The position numbers and the translations under genes are program-made. Under the pieces are notes generated by a model. It made no database searches, was not told the origin of the DNA, and was given only the letters and a program-made list of their open reading frames with translations. Below, piece after piece: positions 56,099 to 64,000 of a DNA stretch of 64,000 bases; position 1 is the stretch's first letter, and each line of letters starts with the position of its first letter. The stretch comes from an uncultured Candidatus Saccharibacteria bacterium (GTDB lineage Bacteria > Patescibacteriota > Dojkabacteria > SC72), in contig CAYOME010000001.1 in assembly GCA_964405015.1 (NCBI GenBank), positions 10,943-74,942 on the forward strand. Direction: 5' to 3'.

Positions 56099-57799
56099 AT
56101 GAAAAGTAGATACTCTTTGAAATTTGGTGGACAGTCAGGACAAGGTATTAATACACTAGGGGAGATATTAACAAAAGGTATTAAAGATTCAGGTTTCTTT
56201 ACCTTTTCATACAGAGAATACCCCTCCATTATCAAAGGAGGATATGCCTCATATCAAATAGATTTTTCAGATAGTGTAATAAACTCATCCTCAAGATATA
56301 CAAATATATTAATTTGTATAGCACCAGAGGCTCTCCATCAATATATTGGACAAGTATCAAAGGATGGACTAATTCTTCATTCAATTCCCGACTTTGAATT
56401 TACCAAAGAAGAAAATGAATATATTAAGGAGTTAGATATTGATGTTGTATATATAGATACCTTAAAAATCGCAGAGGAAAGTAAAGCTCCTAAGATAATG
56501 GCCAATGTAGTAATACTCGGATACCTTTGGAAATTAATAGATTTAGATATCAAGATATTAGAAAAAGTCCTCAAGAAAAAATTTGAAGGTAAGGATATTG
56601 ATATGAATGCAGAATACAGATGTCTTAGAGCTGGATATGCATATGAGAAACCCAAGAAATTTGAAATAAAAGAAAGACCTCAAAAGAAAACACCTTTTTG
56701 GAATAAATCCAAGATACTTACGGGTAATGAAGCTATTGCTTTAGGTGCAATATCTGCAGGCTGTAGAGCATATTACGCATATCCAATGACCCCCTCAACC
56801 GCAATATTGCAGATATTAGGAGATACATACAAAGAAACAGGGATGTTAGTTAAACAATCTGAAAGTGAAATTACAGCTGCATTACAAGTACTAGGAAGTA
56901 TGCATATGGGTACTAGAGCATTTACTGCAACTTCTGGAGGTGGTTTTGATCTAATGACAGAAGCAATATCTTGTGCAGGTATGACAGAGACACCAATGGT
57001 TGTTGTACTTGGTCAAAGAGCTGGATCAGGAACTGGAATACCCACATGGACTGGTGCAGGAGACTTAGGGGTAGCTTTGGGTGCAGGACATGGTGAATTT
57101 CCTAGATGTGTACTTAGTTGTAGTGATGTAAATGATAGCTATGAATTAATTCAAAAAGCATTTAATATCGCAGAAAAGTATCAAATTCCTGTAATTCTAC
57201 TAACTGAAAAACAAATAGCGGAATCACTCTTTAATATAAAGGATTTACCTAAACCAATTAAGATTGAAAGATCTTTAAGTAAAGGCAAGTATAGATATGA
57301 GATAACAGAAAGTGGGATATCACCAAGGTGGATACCACAGAAAGACTCTCCTACCTTTTTAGTAAACAGTGATGAACATTCAGAAGATGGAAATAGCACA
57401 GAAGATATTGAAACAATATTACAAATGTCAGAAAAGAGACTTAGAAAACTCTCCTCATTAAGAAAAGAGATACCTGAACCTAAATATTATGGCCCAAAAG
57501 ATCCTGATGTTGTATTTGTTGGTACAGGATCTACCAAAAATACTGTTCTAGACGCGATGAATCAGATTGATACAAAGATTGGGTATATACATTATCAATA
57601 TATATTTCCTTTGAAATATGAAAAGATTCTAGAATTGTATGAAAATGGTAGTAGGTTAATTTTAATTGAAAACAATCAAACTGGACAATTAGGAAAGTTA
57701 ATTAAAAGAGAAAGTAATTTTGAATTCTCTGAAAAGCTTCTTAAATTCGATGGTAGACCATTCTTTGTTGAAGATATCTTAGATTTTTTAGAACAGTAA
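56099..57799 (+). CDS. 2-oxoacid:ferredoxin oxidoreductase, fused gamma-alpha subunit
   Basis: N-terminal gamma domain (LKFGGQSGQGINTLGEIL), alpha domain (GNEAIALGAISAGCRAYYAYPMTPST...) and domain III. Confidence 0.75.
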   Translation: MKSRYSLKFGGQSGQGINTLGEILTKGIKDSGFFTFSYREYPSIIKGGYASYQIDFSDSVINSSSRYTNILICIAPEALHQYIGQVSKDGLILHSIPDFEFTKEENEYIKELDIDVVYIDTLKIAEESKAPKIMANVVILGYLWKLIDLDIKILEKVLKKKFEGKDIDMNAEYRCLRAGYAYEKPKKFEIKERPQKKTPFWNKSKILTGNEAIALGAISAGCRAYYAYPMTPSTAILQILGDTYKETGMLVKQSESEITAALQVLGSMHMGTRAFTATSGGGFDLMTEAISCAGMTETPMVVVLGQRAGSGTGIPTWTGAGDLGVALGAGHGEFPRCVLSCSDVNDSYELIQKAFNIAEKYQIPVILLTEKQIAESLFNIKDLPKPIKIERSLSKGKYRYEITESGISPRWIPQKDSPTFLVNSDEHSEDGNSTEDIETILQMSEKRLRKLSSLRKEIPEPKYYGPKDPDVVFVGTGSTKNTVLDAMNQIDTKIGYIHYQYIFPLKYEKILELYENGSRLILIENNQTGQLGKLIKRESNFEFSEKLLKFDGRPFFVEDILDFLEQ

Positions 57800-57800
57800 T

Positions 57801-58646
57801 ATGGAAATAGAGAGATACAATACAAATATGAAGAATACATGGTGCCCAGGTTGTGGTAATTTCGGTATAAATATGGCCTTAAAACAGACCCTAGTCGACC
57901 TTAAGAAAGCACCAAGTGAAGTATTTATTTCATTTGATATCGGCTGTAACGGTAATGGAGGAGATGATATAGAAGGGTATAGATATAAAGGATTGCATGG
58001 TAGATCAATACCCCTCGCAGTAGGAGCTCATTTAGCAAACAGAAAGTTTACCGTTATTGCAGAGATAGGGGATGGGGGATGTTTACATGAAGGTGTAGAC
58101 CACTTAATACACGGTATTCGTTCCAACTATGATATTACTGTAATAATTCATAATAACCAGAATTTTGCATTAACTACTGGACAAGCAACATCAACTACTC
58201 AACAAGGCAAGGAGATGTACGCTTTCCCCGATGGTAAACCTGAGGGAGATATTAATATAGGCGAATTAGTATTAAGCCTTAACCCCACCTTCTATGCAAA
58301 AGGATACTCTGGAGAACCGAAACAACTCTGCGAGTTGATAAAAGAAGGTATCAAACATAAAGGATTTAGCGTTATCGAAGTAATGCAGCTATGTCCAACA
58401 TACAATCCTGAATGTACACCAGAATTCTTCAAAGAGAAAATTAAATATACCGAACCAAAAACTACCATAAGTGATGCAGTAAAATGCGTTAAAGATACAG
58501 AATATATATATACTGGTATAATATACAGAAATATTGGAAGACAAGACTTCTATAGTAATCTTGAAAATAGAAAGAAATTTAAAACTGAATTTGTAGAGGA
58601 AGTAAAAAATTTCAATATAAAAAATATATTAGCTAGGTTTGAATAG
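57801..58646 (+). CDS. 2-oxoacid:ferredoxin oxidoreductase, beta (TPP-binding) subunit
   Basis: WCPGCGNFGI and GDGG TPP-binding motifs; translationally coupled to the alpha gene with a 1-nt gap. Confidence 0.8.
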   Translation: MEIERYNTNMKNTWCPGCGNFGINMALKQTLVDLKKAPSEVFISFDIGCNGNGGDDIEGYRYKGLHGRSIPLAVGAHLANRKFTVIAEIGDGGCLHEGVDHLIHGIRSNYDITVIIHNNQNFALTTGQATSTTQQGKEMYAFPDGKPEGDINIGELVLSLNPTFYAKGYSGEPKQLCELIKEGIKHKGFSVIEVMQLCPTYNPECTPEFFKEKIKYTEPKTTISDAVKCVKDTEYIYTGIIYRNIGRQDFYSNLENRKKFKTEFVEEVKNFNIKNILARFE

Positions 58647-60756
58647 AATGATTAAAGAAAATATCCTTTCTCCAAAAAGTATTGCAATAGTTGGTGTATC
58701 ACAAGATAAAAGTAAAATAGGTAATGTAATATTACGAAATCTTTTAGAAGGTGGCTACAATGGGAGGGTATACCCTGTTAATCCAAAATACAAAGAAGTA
58801 GAAGGTAAACCATGCTACCCTGACCTTTTGAGTATCAAAGATTCTGTTGATCAAGTCTGTATTGTAGTTCCATCTCAATTTGTTTTAGCTGTAGTAGAGG
58901 ATTGTATAGAGAAGAAGGTATCTTCGGTATTAATAATTTCTGCTGGATTCAAAGAGACAGGTCCTGAGGGTAAAGAATTAGAAGAAGAAATATGTACAAA
59001 ATTAAAAGATGCGAATATAAGATTAATGGGTCCAAATAGTTTAGGATATATTAATAACGATAGTAAGATAAATCTTTCATTTGCTAGAAATAACCCAATA
59101 GAGGGTAATATCGCATTCATATCACAATCAGGAGCATTTGCAACAGCAATAATGGATATGGCCCTAATGGATAATATCGGTTTTTCAAAGATAATATCTG
59201 TTGGTAATAAATCAGATATAAATGAAAATGAATTAATCGAATATCTTTCTAAAGATAAAGATACAGAATCAATAGCCCTTTATTTAGAAGAATTCTCAGA
59301 TGGTAAAGATTTTATTGATATTGCCAAGAAAGTAGATAAACCAATTGTAATAATTGCTCCAGGGAGCTCACATAAAGGTACGGAAGCAATTTCTTCACAT
59401 ACTGGCTCTCTTGCAAAATCATACGATATTACCCTTGCTGCTATTAAAAAAGCCAACTTAATTAAAGTAGAAAGTTCTGAGGAGCTTTTTGATACATTGA
59501 AGGTACTTTCTACAAAAAAATTACCCAAAGGAAGGAATGTAGGTATCGTTACTAATGCAGGAGGACCTGGAATAATGGCAACAGATTTCATAGAGAAATT
59601 CGGTCTTAATCTTGCAGAGATAGGGGAAAAAACACAGGAGAAATTAAAAAAGGAATTACCAGTATTTGCTAACACAAAAAATCCTGTAGATATACTCGGG
59701 GATGCACTACTAGATAGATATGAGAAATCTATAAAGATACTACTTGATGATGTTAACGTAGATTCTCTTTTGGTAATTCTCACCCCTCAATTAGTTACAG
59801 ATATAACTGGTGTTGCAAAACTCATTGTTGATATCCAAAAACAGACATCCAAACCCATCTTCTCGTGCTTTCTTGGAGGAAAAGATATCCAGGATGGTAA
59901 TAATATACTAGGTGCATATGGTTTGTATTACTCAAACGATATCGAAGATACTATTAAACTTCTAAGTAAGATTACAGAACATACTTTGAATGAACGTAAT
60001 ACATCTCACAGGGATATATCTACATTACAAATGAAAGGTAAATACAAGAAAGAAATATTAGAAATACTTACAGAAGATTTAGAAGTATTACCAGATAATA
60101 TTGCATTAGATATTGCCAATGAATTTGATTTAGATTTACCCAAACAATTACTAACTGCAAATATTGATGAAGCTACAGAGTTTGCAGCTATGAATTTCCC
60201 AGTAGCTATTAAAGCTACATCTAAAGATTTAGCACATAAGACGGATTTTAAAGGATTGTTTTTAGATATTAGAACAATATCTGAATTCCAATATAAGTTT
60301 GAAGAGCTCTCCACGAACATTGAGAAAGTAACAGGTAAGAATACTCCAGAGATATTAATACAAGAAATGATAGAACCTAAAGCAGAATTTTTTGTGGGAG
60401 CGAATAGGGAAGGTGGTATTGATATCTATGAACCAAATGGTCTGGGATTCGGTCATCTTCTTGCCTTAGGACAGGGTGGTATATATACAGAAGTGTATAA
60501 AGATATACAAAAGATACTTGTTCCTGATACTGTTAAGAGTATAGAAGAGGCATTAAATGATACAAAGATCTGTACTGTTATCAATGGCTTTAGAGGAAAA
60601 GCCCCTTTAGCTAAACAGAAGTTAATAGAAGCAATAGACAAAATTCAAGGTATATTGGTTACATATCCAGAGATATATACAATGGATATAAATCCAATAA
60701 TACTTACTGAAGATAGAGCAGTTCTTGTAGATATTAAAATATATATTAAGAGATAA
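58639..60756 (+). CDS. acetyl-CoA synthetase (ADP-forming), fused alpha-beta (NDP-forming acyl-CoA synthetase superfamily)
   Basis: CoA-binding domain (PKSIAIVGVSQDKSKIGNVILRNLLEGGY), CoA-ligase/flavodoxin-like domain with the phospho-His region (GSSHKGTEAISSHTGSLA) and a C-terminal ATP-grasp. Confidence 0.7.
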   Translation: MNRMIKENILSPKSIAIVGVSQDKSKIGNVILRNLLEGGYNGRVYPVNPKYKEVEGKPCYPDLLSIKDSVDQVCIVVPSQFVLAVVEDCIEKKVSSVLIISAGFKETGPEGKELEEEICTKLKDANIRLMGPNSLGYINNDSKINLSFARNNPIEGNIAFISQSGAFATAIMDMALMDNIGFSKIISVGNKSDINENELIEYLSKDKDTESIALYLEEFSDGKDFIDIAKKVDKPIVIIAPGSSHKGTEAISSHTGSLAKSYDITLAAIKKANLIKVESSEELFDTLKVLSTKKLPKGRNVGIVTNAGGPGIMATDFIEKFGLNLAEIGEKTQEKLKKELPVFANTKNPVDILGDALLDRYEKSIKILLDDVNVDSLLVILTPQLVTDITGVAKLIVDIQKQTSKPIFSCFLGGKDIQDGNNILGAYGLYYSNDIEDTIKLLSKITEHTLNERNTSHRDISTLQMKGKYKKEILEILTEDLEVLPDNIALDIANEFDLDLPKQLLTANIDEATEFAAMNFPVAIKATSKDLAHKTDFKGLFLDIRTISEFQYKFEELSTNIEKVTGKNTPEILIQEMIEPKAEFFVGANREGGIDIYEPNGLGFGHLLALGQGGIYTEVYKDIQKILVPDTVKSIEEALNDTKICTVINGFRGKAPLAKQKLIEAIDKIQGILVTYPEIYTMDINPIILTEDRAVLVDIKIYIKR

Positions 60757-60762
60757 CTAATC

Positions 60763-61518
60763 ATGCCTAATATTGCAGCCTTAATTTTTTCTGCAGGAAA
60801 AGGTACAAGACTTAAACCTTTGACAGACATAACTCCGAAACCACTACTTGAAATTGTGAATGGGAAATCATTACTGGATCTTACGATAGAATCTTTAATG
60901 AGCGTTGGAATAAAGGAGATATTTGTAAATCATTCCTATGCAACTGAGCTATTTCTAAAAAAGAAGCAAGAGTACGAAGAACTTTGTAATATTACATTAT
61001 TGAAAGAAGAAGAACCATTAGGACAGGGTGGTACGATACTGGAAAATATCGAAAAATTTAGAACCTATGATAACGTATTATGTTCAAATGGCGACACCTT
61101 TACTCAGTATGATAGGATATCTTTTTTAAATAAACATAACTCTACGGAAGCATCGTTGACAATCCTGTCAGACAACAGTATTAATACTTCTAAGGATATT
61201 TTGGTTAGCATTGGCGATGAGATCAAAGGTTGTCGAATAAATAGAAAATCTTTTTTTTATAAAAAATCTCTAATAAATTTTGTAAAAAGAACAAACTATC
61301 TAGGAGAGTTTATATTTAACCCTAAAAACTTTCCAAATGAGGGCTTCACAAAAGAATTTAGAGGACTTTTTGGTGTAGATGACTTGATTGATATTTTGGT
61401 AAATAATAACAATAAAGCCATGATCCATAGGTTAAAGGTAGATTATCATCTTAGCATGAACACAATAGAAGAATACGAAAAGGTAAAAACTATTTCAAAA
61501 GAACTCCTTTATGCTTAA
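60763..61518 (+). CDS. sugar-phosphate nucleotidyltransferase (NTP_transferase fold)
   Basis: ALIFSAGKGTRLKPLTDITPKPLLEI is the G-x-G-T-R-L signature; the specific substrate is not inferable. Confidence 0.55.
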   Translation: MPNIAALIFSAGKGTRLKPLTDITPKPLLEIVNGKSLLDLTIESLMSVGIKEIFVNHSYATELFLKKKQEYEELCNITLLKEEEPLGQGGTILENIEKFRTYDNVLCSNGDTFTQYDRISFLNKHNSTEASLTILSDNSINTSKDILVSIGDEIKGCRINRKSFFYKKSLINFVKRTNYLGEFIFNPKNFPNEGFTKEFRGLFGVDDLIDILVNNNNKAMIHRLKVDYHLSMNTIEEYEKVKTISKELLYA

Positions 61519-62374
61519 CTACCCTCAAGATTATCTTGAAAAGGAAACGAAGTCCGAGAATCAGCTCCAAATATTGCATGGCCCCTTTTCACCATTACAT
61601 ATTGAATCTGTACACTCGGAGGGAGCAGAGAGAGTAACGCTATGTTCTGATAATGATCTTGTAGTTTTTATACCACAAACAACTGAAATCTATAGAGATC
61701 AAATATCTTCAAGATTAAAGGATGAAATTACCACACTCTCTCTAGAGAATAGGGCAAAGATAATTAGTGTTATAGACAGTATGATGCATATTCATGGAGA
61801 CCAATTATATGGTGAATATTTGCCACAAACGTATTCTTCCGACACTAATATGCTTTTAGGTTCTGATGTTGAAAACTTTGATGGGAAATCAGTAAATCCA
61901 GTTCTTTTTATAAGCAATTTCCTTCTTAAAGAGGCAAAGGAAAAAGAATATCGAAAAGAAATTGTATTACATCCTGATATTATTTTCTTCCTATCAAAAG
62001 GGAAAGATCAGAATGTAGAAAATACTTTGAAATTTTTAAATTCAATGGCTTCAATCTTGGATATTCAATTGTATTTTGAAAATATACATTTAACAAATTC
62101 TAAGATGCAGAAAGCTTTTGCGATGTTTATAGACCCTATGCAACTGGCAAATATGGTTAGAGATCACTCTAGTCTAGGAATTACTATTGATATTCAACAT
62201 ATGGAAAGCCATTTTGCCCCAGAGAGTATTGAGAATATTATTGTTTCATCTATGAATACCTTACAAAACAGTACGAAGATTATCATACATAGTAGAGAGG
62301 GTTTTGATGAGAAATATCAATCTCTATACCAAAAGTGTATAAGAAATGGAATTCCATGGGTAGTTGAACCATAA
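61511..62374 (+). CDS. hypothetical protein, possible xylose-isomerase-like TIM-barrel (AP endonuclease family 2)
   Basis: Weak motif resemblance (GITIDIQHMESH ... KIIIHSRE); low confidence. Confidence 0.35.
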   Translation: MLNYPQDYLEKETKSENQLQILHGPFSPLHIESVHSEGAERVTLCSDNDLVVFIPQTTEIYRDQISSRLKDEITTLSLENRAKIISVIDSMMHIHGDQLYGEYLPQTYSSDTNMLLGSDVENFDGKSVNPVLFISNFLLKEAKEKEYRKEIVLHPDIIFFLSKGKDQNVENTLKFLNSMASILDIQLYFENIHLTNSKMQKAFAMFIDPMQLANMVRDHSSLGITIDIQHMESHFAPESIENIIVSSMNTLQNSTKIIIHSREGFDEKYQSLYQKCIRNGIPWVVEP

Positions 62375-62377
62375 GAA

Positions 62378-64000
62378 TTACTTCTTCCTCTGATCTAAAC
62401 AAGCTTGTATAAATCCCAAAAATATTGGATGAGGAGAAAGAAATCTCGTCTTTAATTCAGGATGATATTGAGTAGCTATAAAGAAAGGATGAACCTTCCT
62501 ATCTAACTCTACAGCTTCTACTAGATTACCATCAGGACTCTTACCAGAAAATATTAAACCCTTTTCTTCAAACTTAGCCATATACTCATTATTAAACTCA
62601 TACCTATGCCTATGTCTTTCAGATACAATAGGTAGTGTATCAAATAAATCATTAGAATATTTTTTGTAAAGAGATTCTAATACTGAACCCTTTTGAATCT
62701 TACAAGGCCATGCTCCTAAACGAATGGTACCACCAAATTTACCATCCTTAAGTAACTTCTTTTGTTCTTCCATTAAATGAATAACGAGATTTGAGCACTT
62801 ACTATCAACTTCTTCAGAATTAGCATCTTTAATATTTAATACATTCCGTGCATATTCTATAACTGCCATTTGCATACCATAGCAAAGACCAAGATATGGA
62901 ATCTTACTCTCTCTGGCTATCTGTATAGCCTTAATTTTACCCAAAGCACCTCTACTTCCCCATCCCTGAGGAACAATAAGACCGTCCATTTTAAGTAAGT
63001 TCTTCTGTAACTGTACATCACTATCTAAATCATCAGCTATTATCCAATGAATATTTGCCTTTACTCCCTTTTCCCAACCAGCATGATTAATAGCTTCTAA
63101 AACAGAAACATATGAATCCTTTAAATCAAACTTACCACTCTTAAAATATTTCCCAACGATACCAATATTTACTTCCTTCTTTAAAGCCCTCATCTTCGCA
63201 GTCTTTTTCTTCCACTCAATCATTAACTCCGTCTTATGTGGTTTAAGAGAAAGAGACTTAAGGATATTTAAACCAAAATTAGCATCTTCAAAATTTTCTG
63301 GGACATCATATATACAATCAACATCTTTAGCGGAAATAATATGATCCGTAGGGACATAGCAATATCTAGAGAGTTTCTCCTTTCTTACATCATCAATACC
63401 TAATTCTGATCTGGCAATTAAGAATTCAGGATTAATACCATGAGAATTTAATAACTGAGTAGATATTTGTACAGGCTTACTTTTCATTTCACCCAATGTC
63501 CCAGGAACAGGAAGATATGATACATGAACATGAACAACATCCTGAGGAGCTTGTACTTTCATAACTCTGTTTGCTTCCAAAAAGAGAGCATTACCAACCT
63601 CTCCAACAGTACCACCAATCTCTACAATAGTGATATCCGATTTAGATTCCTTTGTTACATTTTTTATCCATGTAATAATCTCATCAGGAACATGATAATC
63701 TAAACTAACCCATTTCCCTTCATAAGCTAAAGATCTTTCATCCTTAATTACTTTCTCAAGAATAGCACCACAAGTCATAGAGTTTGGTCTAGCAAAAGAT
63801 TCATTAATGAATCTCTCATAACTACCTATATCCATATCAGTTTCAAAACCATCCTCTAATACAAAAGTCTCTCCATGCTCAAGAGGATTCATAGTACCAG
63901 CATCCACATTTAAATATGGATCTGCCTTTATCATGGTTATCTTGTAACCATATGATTTTAAAATGAAAGCGATAGAAGCTGCGGAGATACCTTTCCCAAT
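62378..64000 (-). CDS. pyrG: CTP synthase; N-terminus runs off window end
   Basis: The minus-strand translation continues past the track ORF start to 64000 (...IGKGISAASIAFILKSYGYKITMIKADPYLNVDAGTMNPLEHGETFV...). The glutamine amidotransferase domain has GLCYGMQ (Cys) and YHPE...RHRHRYE. Confidence 0.9.
   Translation of the reverse strand: MGKGISAASIAFILKSYGYKITMIKADPYLNVDAGTMNPLEHGETFVLEDGFETDMDIGSYERFINESFARPNSMTCGAILEKVIKDERSLAYEGKWVSLDYHVPDEIITWIKNVTKESKSDITIVEIGGTVGEVGNALFLEANRVMKVQAPQDVVHVHVSYLPVPGTLGEMKSKPVQISTQLLNSHGINPEFLIARSELGIDDVRKEKLSRYCYVPTDHIISAKDVDCIYDVPENFEDANFGLNILKSLSLKPHKTELMIEWKKKTAKMRALKKEVNIGIVGKYFKSGKFDLKDSYVSVLEAINHAGWEKGVKANIHWIIADDLDSDVQLQKNLLKMDGLIVPQGWGSRGALGKIKAIQIARESKIPYLGLCYGMQMAVIEYARNVLNIKDANSEEVDSKCSNLVIHLMEEQKKLLKDGKFGGTIRLGAWPCKIQKGSVLESLYKKYSNDLFDTLPIVSERHRHRYEFNNEYMAKFEEKGLIFSGKSPDGNLVEAVELDRKVHPFFIATQYHPELKTRFLSPHPIFLGFIQACLDQRKK

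Overview
This is an AT-rich, very gene-dense bacterial chromosomal segment. Its gene content suggests a reduced-genome bacterium with a fermentative lifestyle; this is inference, not established. Supporting signs are short versions of conserved proteins (UvrC 491 aa, Obg 317 aa without a C-terminal domain), frequent GTG/TTG starts and 1-8 nt gene overlaps. I call about 58 protein-coding genes, 3 tRNAs (Gly-TCC, Gln-TTG, Pro-TGG), no rRNA and no CRISPR array.

Housekeeping content:
- Core metabolism and translation: gpmI (runs off the window start), rplS, nadK, pyrG (runs off the window end), trxB, map and obg.
- DNA repair and replication: dnaE, uvrC, uvrB, mutL, lexA, a RecD-like helicase and a DnaQ-like exonuclease.
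- Anaerobic ribonucleotide reductase operon nrdR-nrdD-nrdG.
- A 2-oxoacid:ferredoxin oxidoreductase pair followed by an ADP-forming acetyl-CoA synthetase.

Accessory highlights:
1. A 46-aa ORF absent from the ORF track lies between nrdD and nrdG. It encodes the glycyl-radical segment that the 683-aa NrdD ORF itself lacks, and its stop overlaps the nrdG start as TAATG.
2. A 573-bp RAYT/REP-type HUH-transposase element with perfect 16-bp terminal inverted repeats sits between the map start and the helicase stop codon.
3. A roughly 17-kb cell-surface locus spans 24.5-41.6 kb. It holds a class B sortase, a substrate with an NPNT-type sorting signal, a 2636-aa SBBP beta-propeller/cadherin-like giant protein with a polytopic C-terminal anchor, and two paralogous Cys-rich FN3-like proteins at the flanks.
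4. Candidate operators: GTATAC palindromes upstream of lexA, and three tandem palindromic 29-bp units upstream of tRNA-Gln.
5. Several structured or GC-rich intergenic elements.

All calls come from reading and translating the sequence by eye. No database searches were run.
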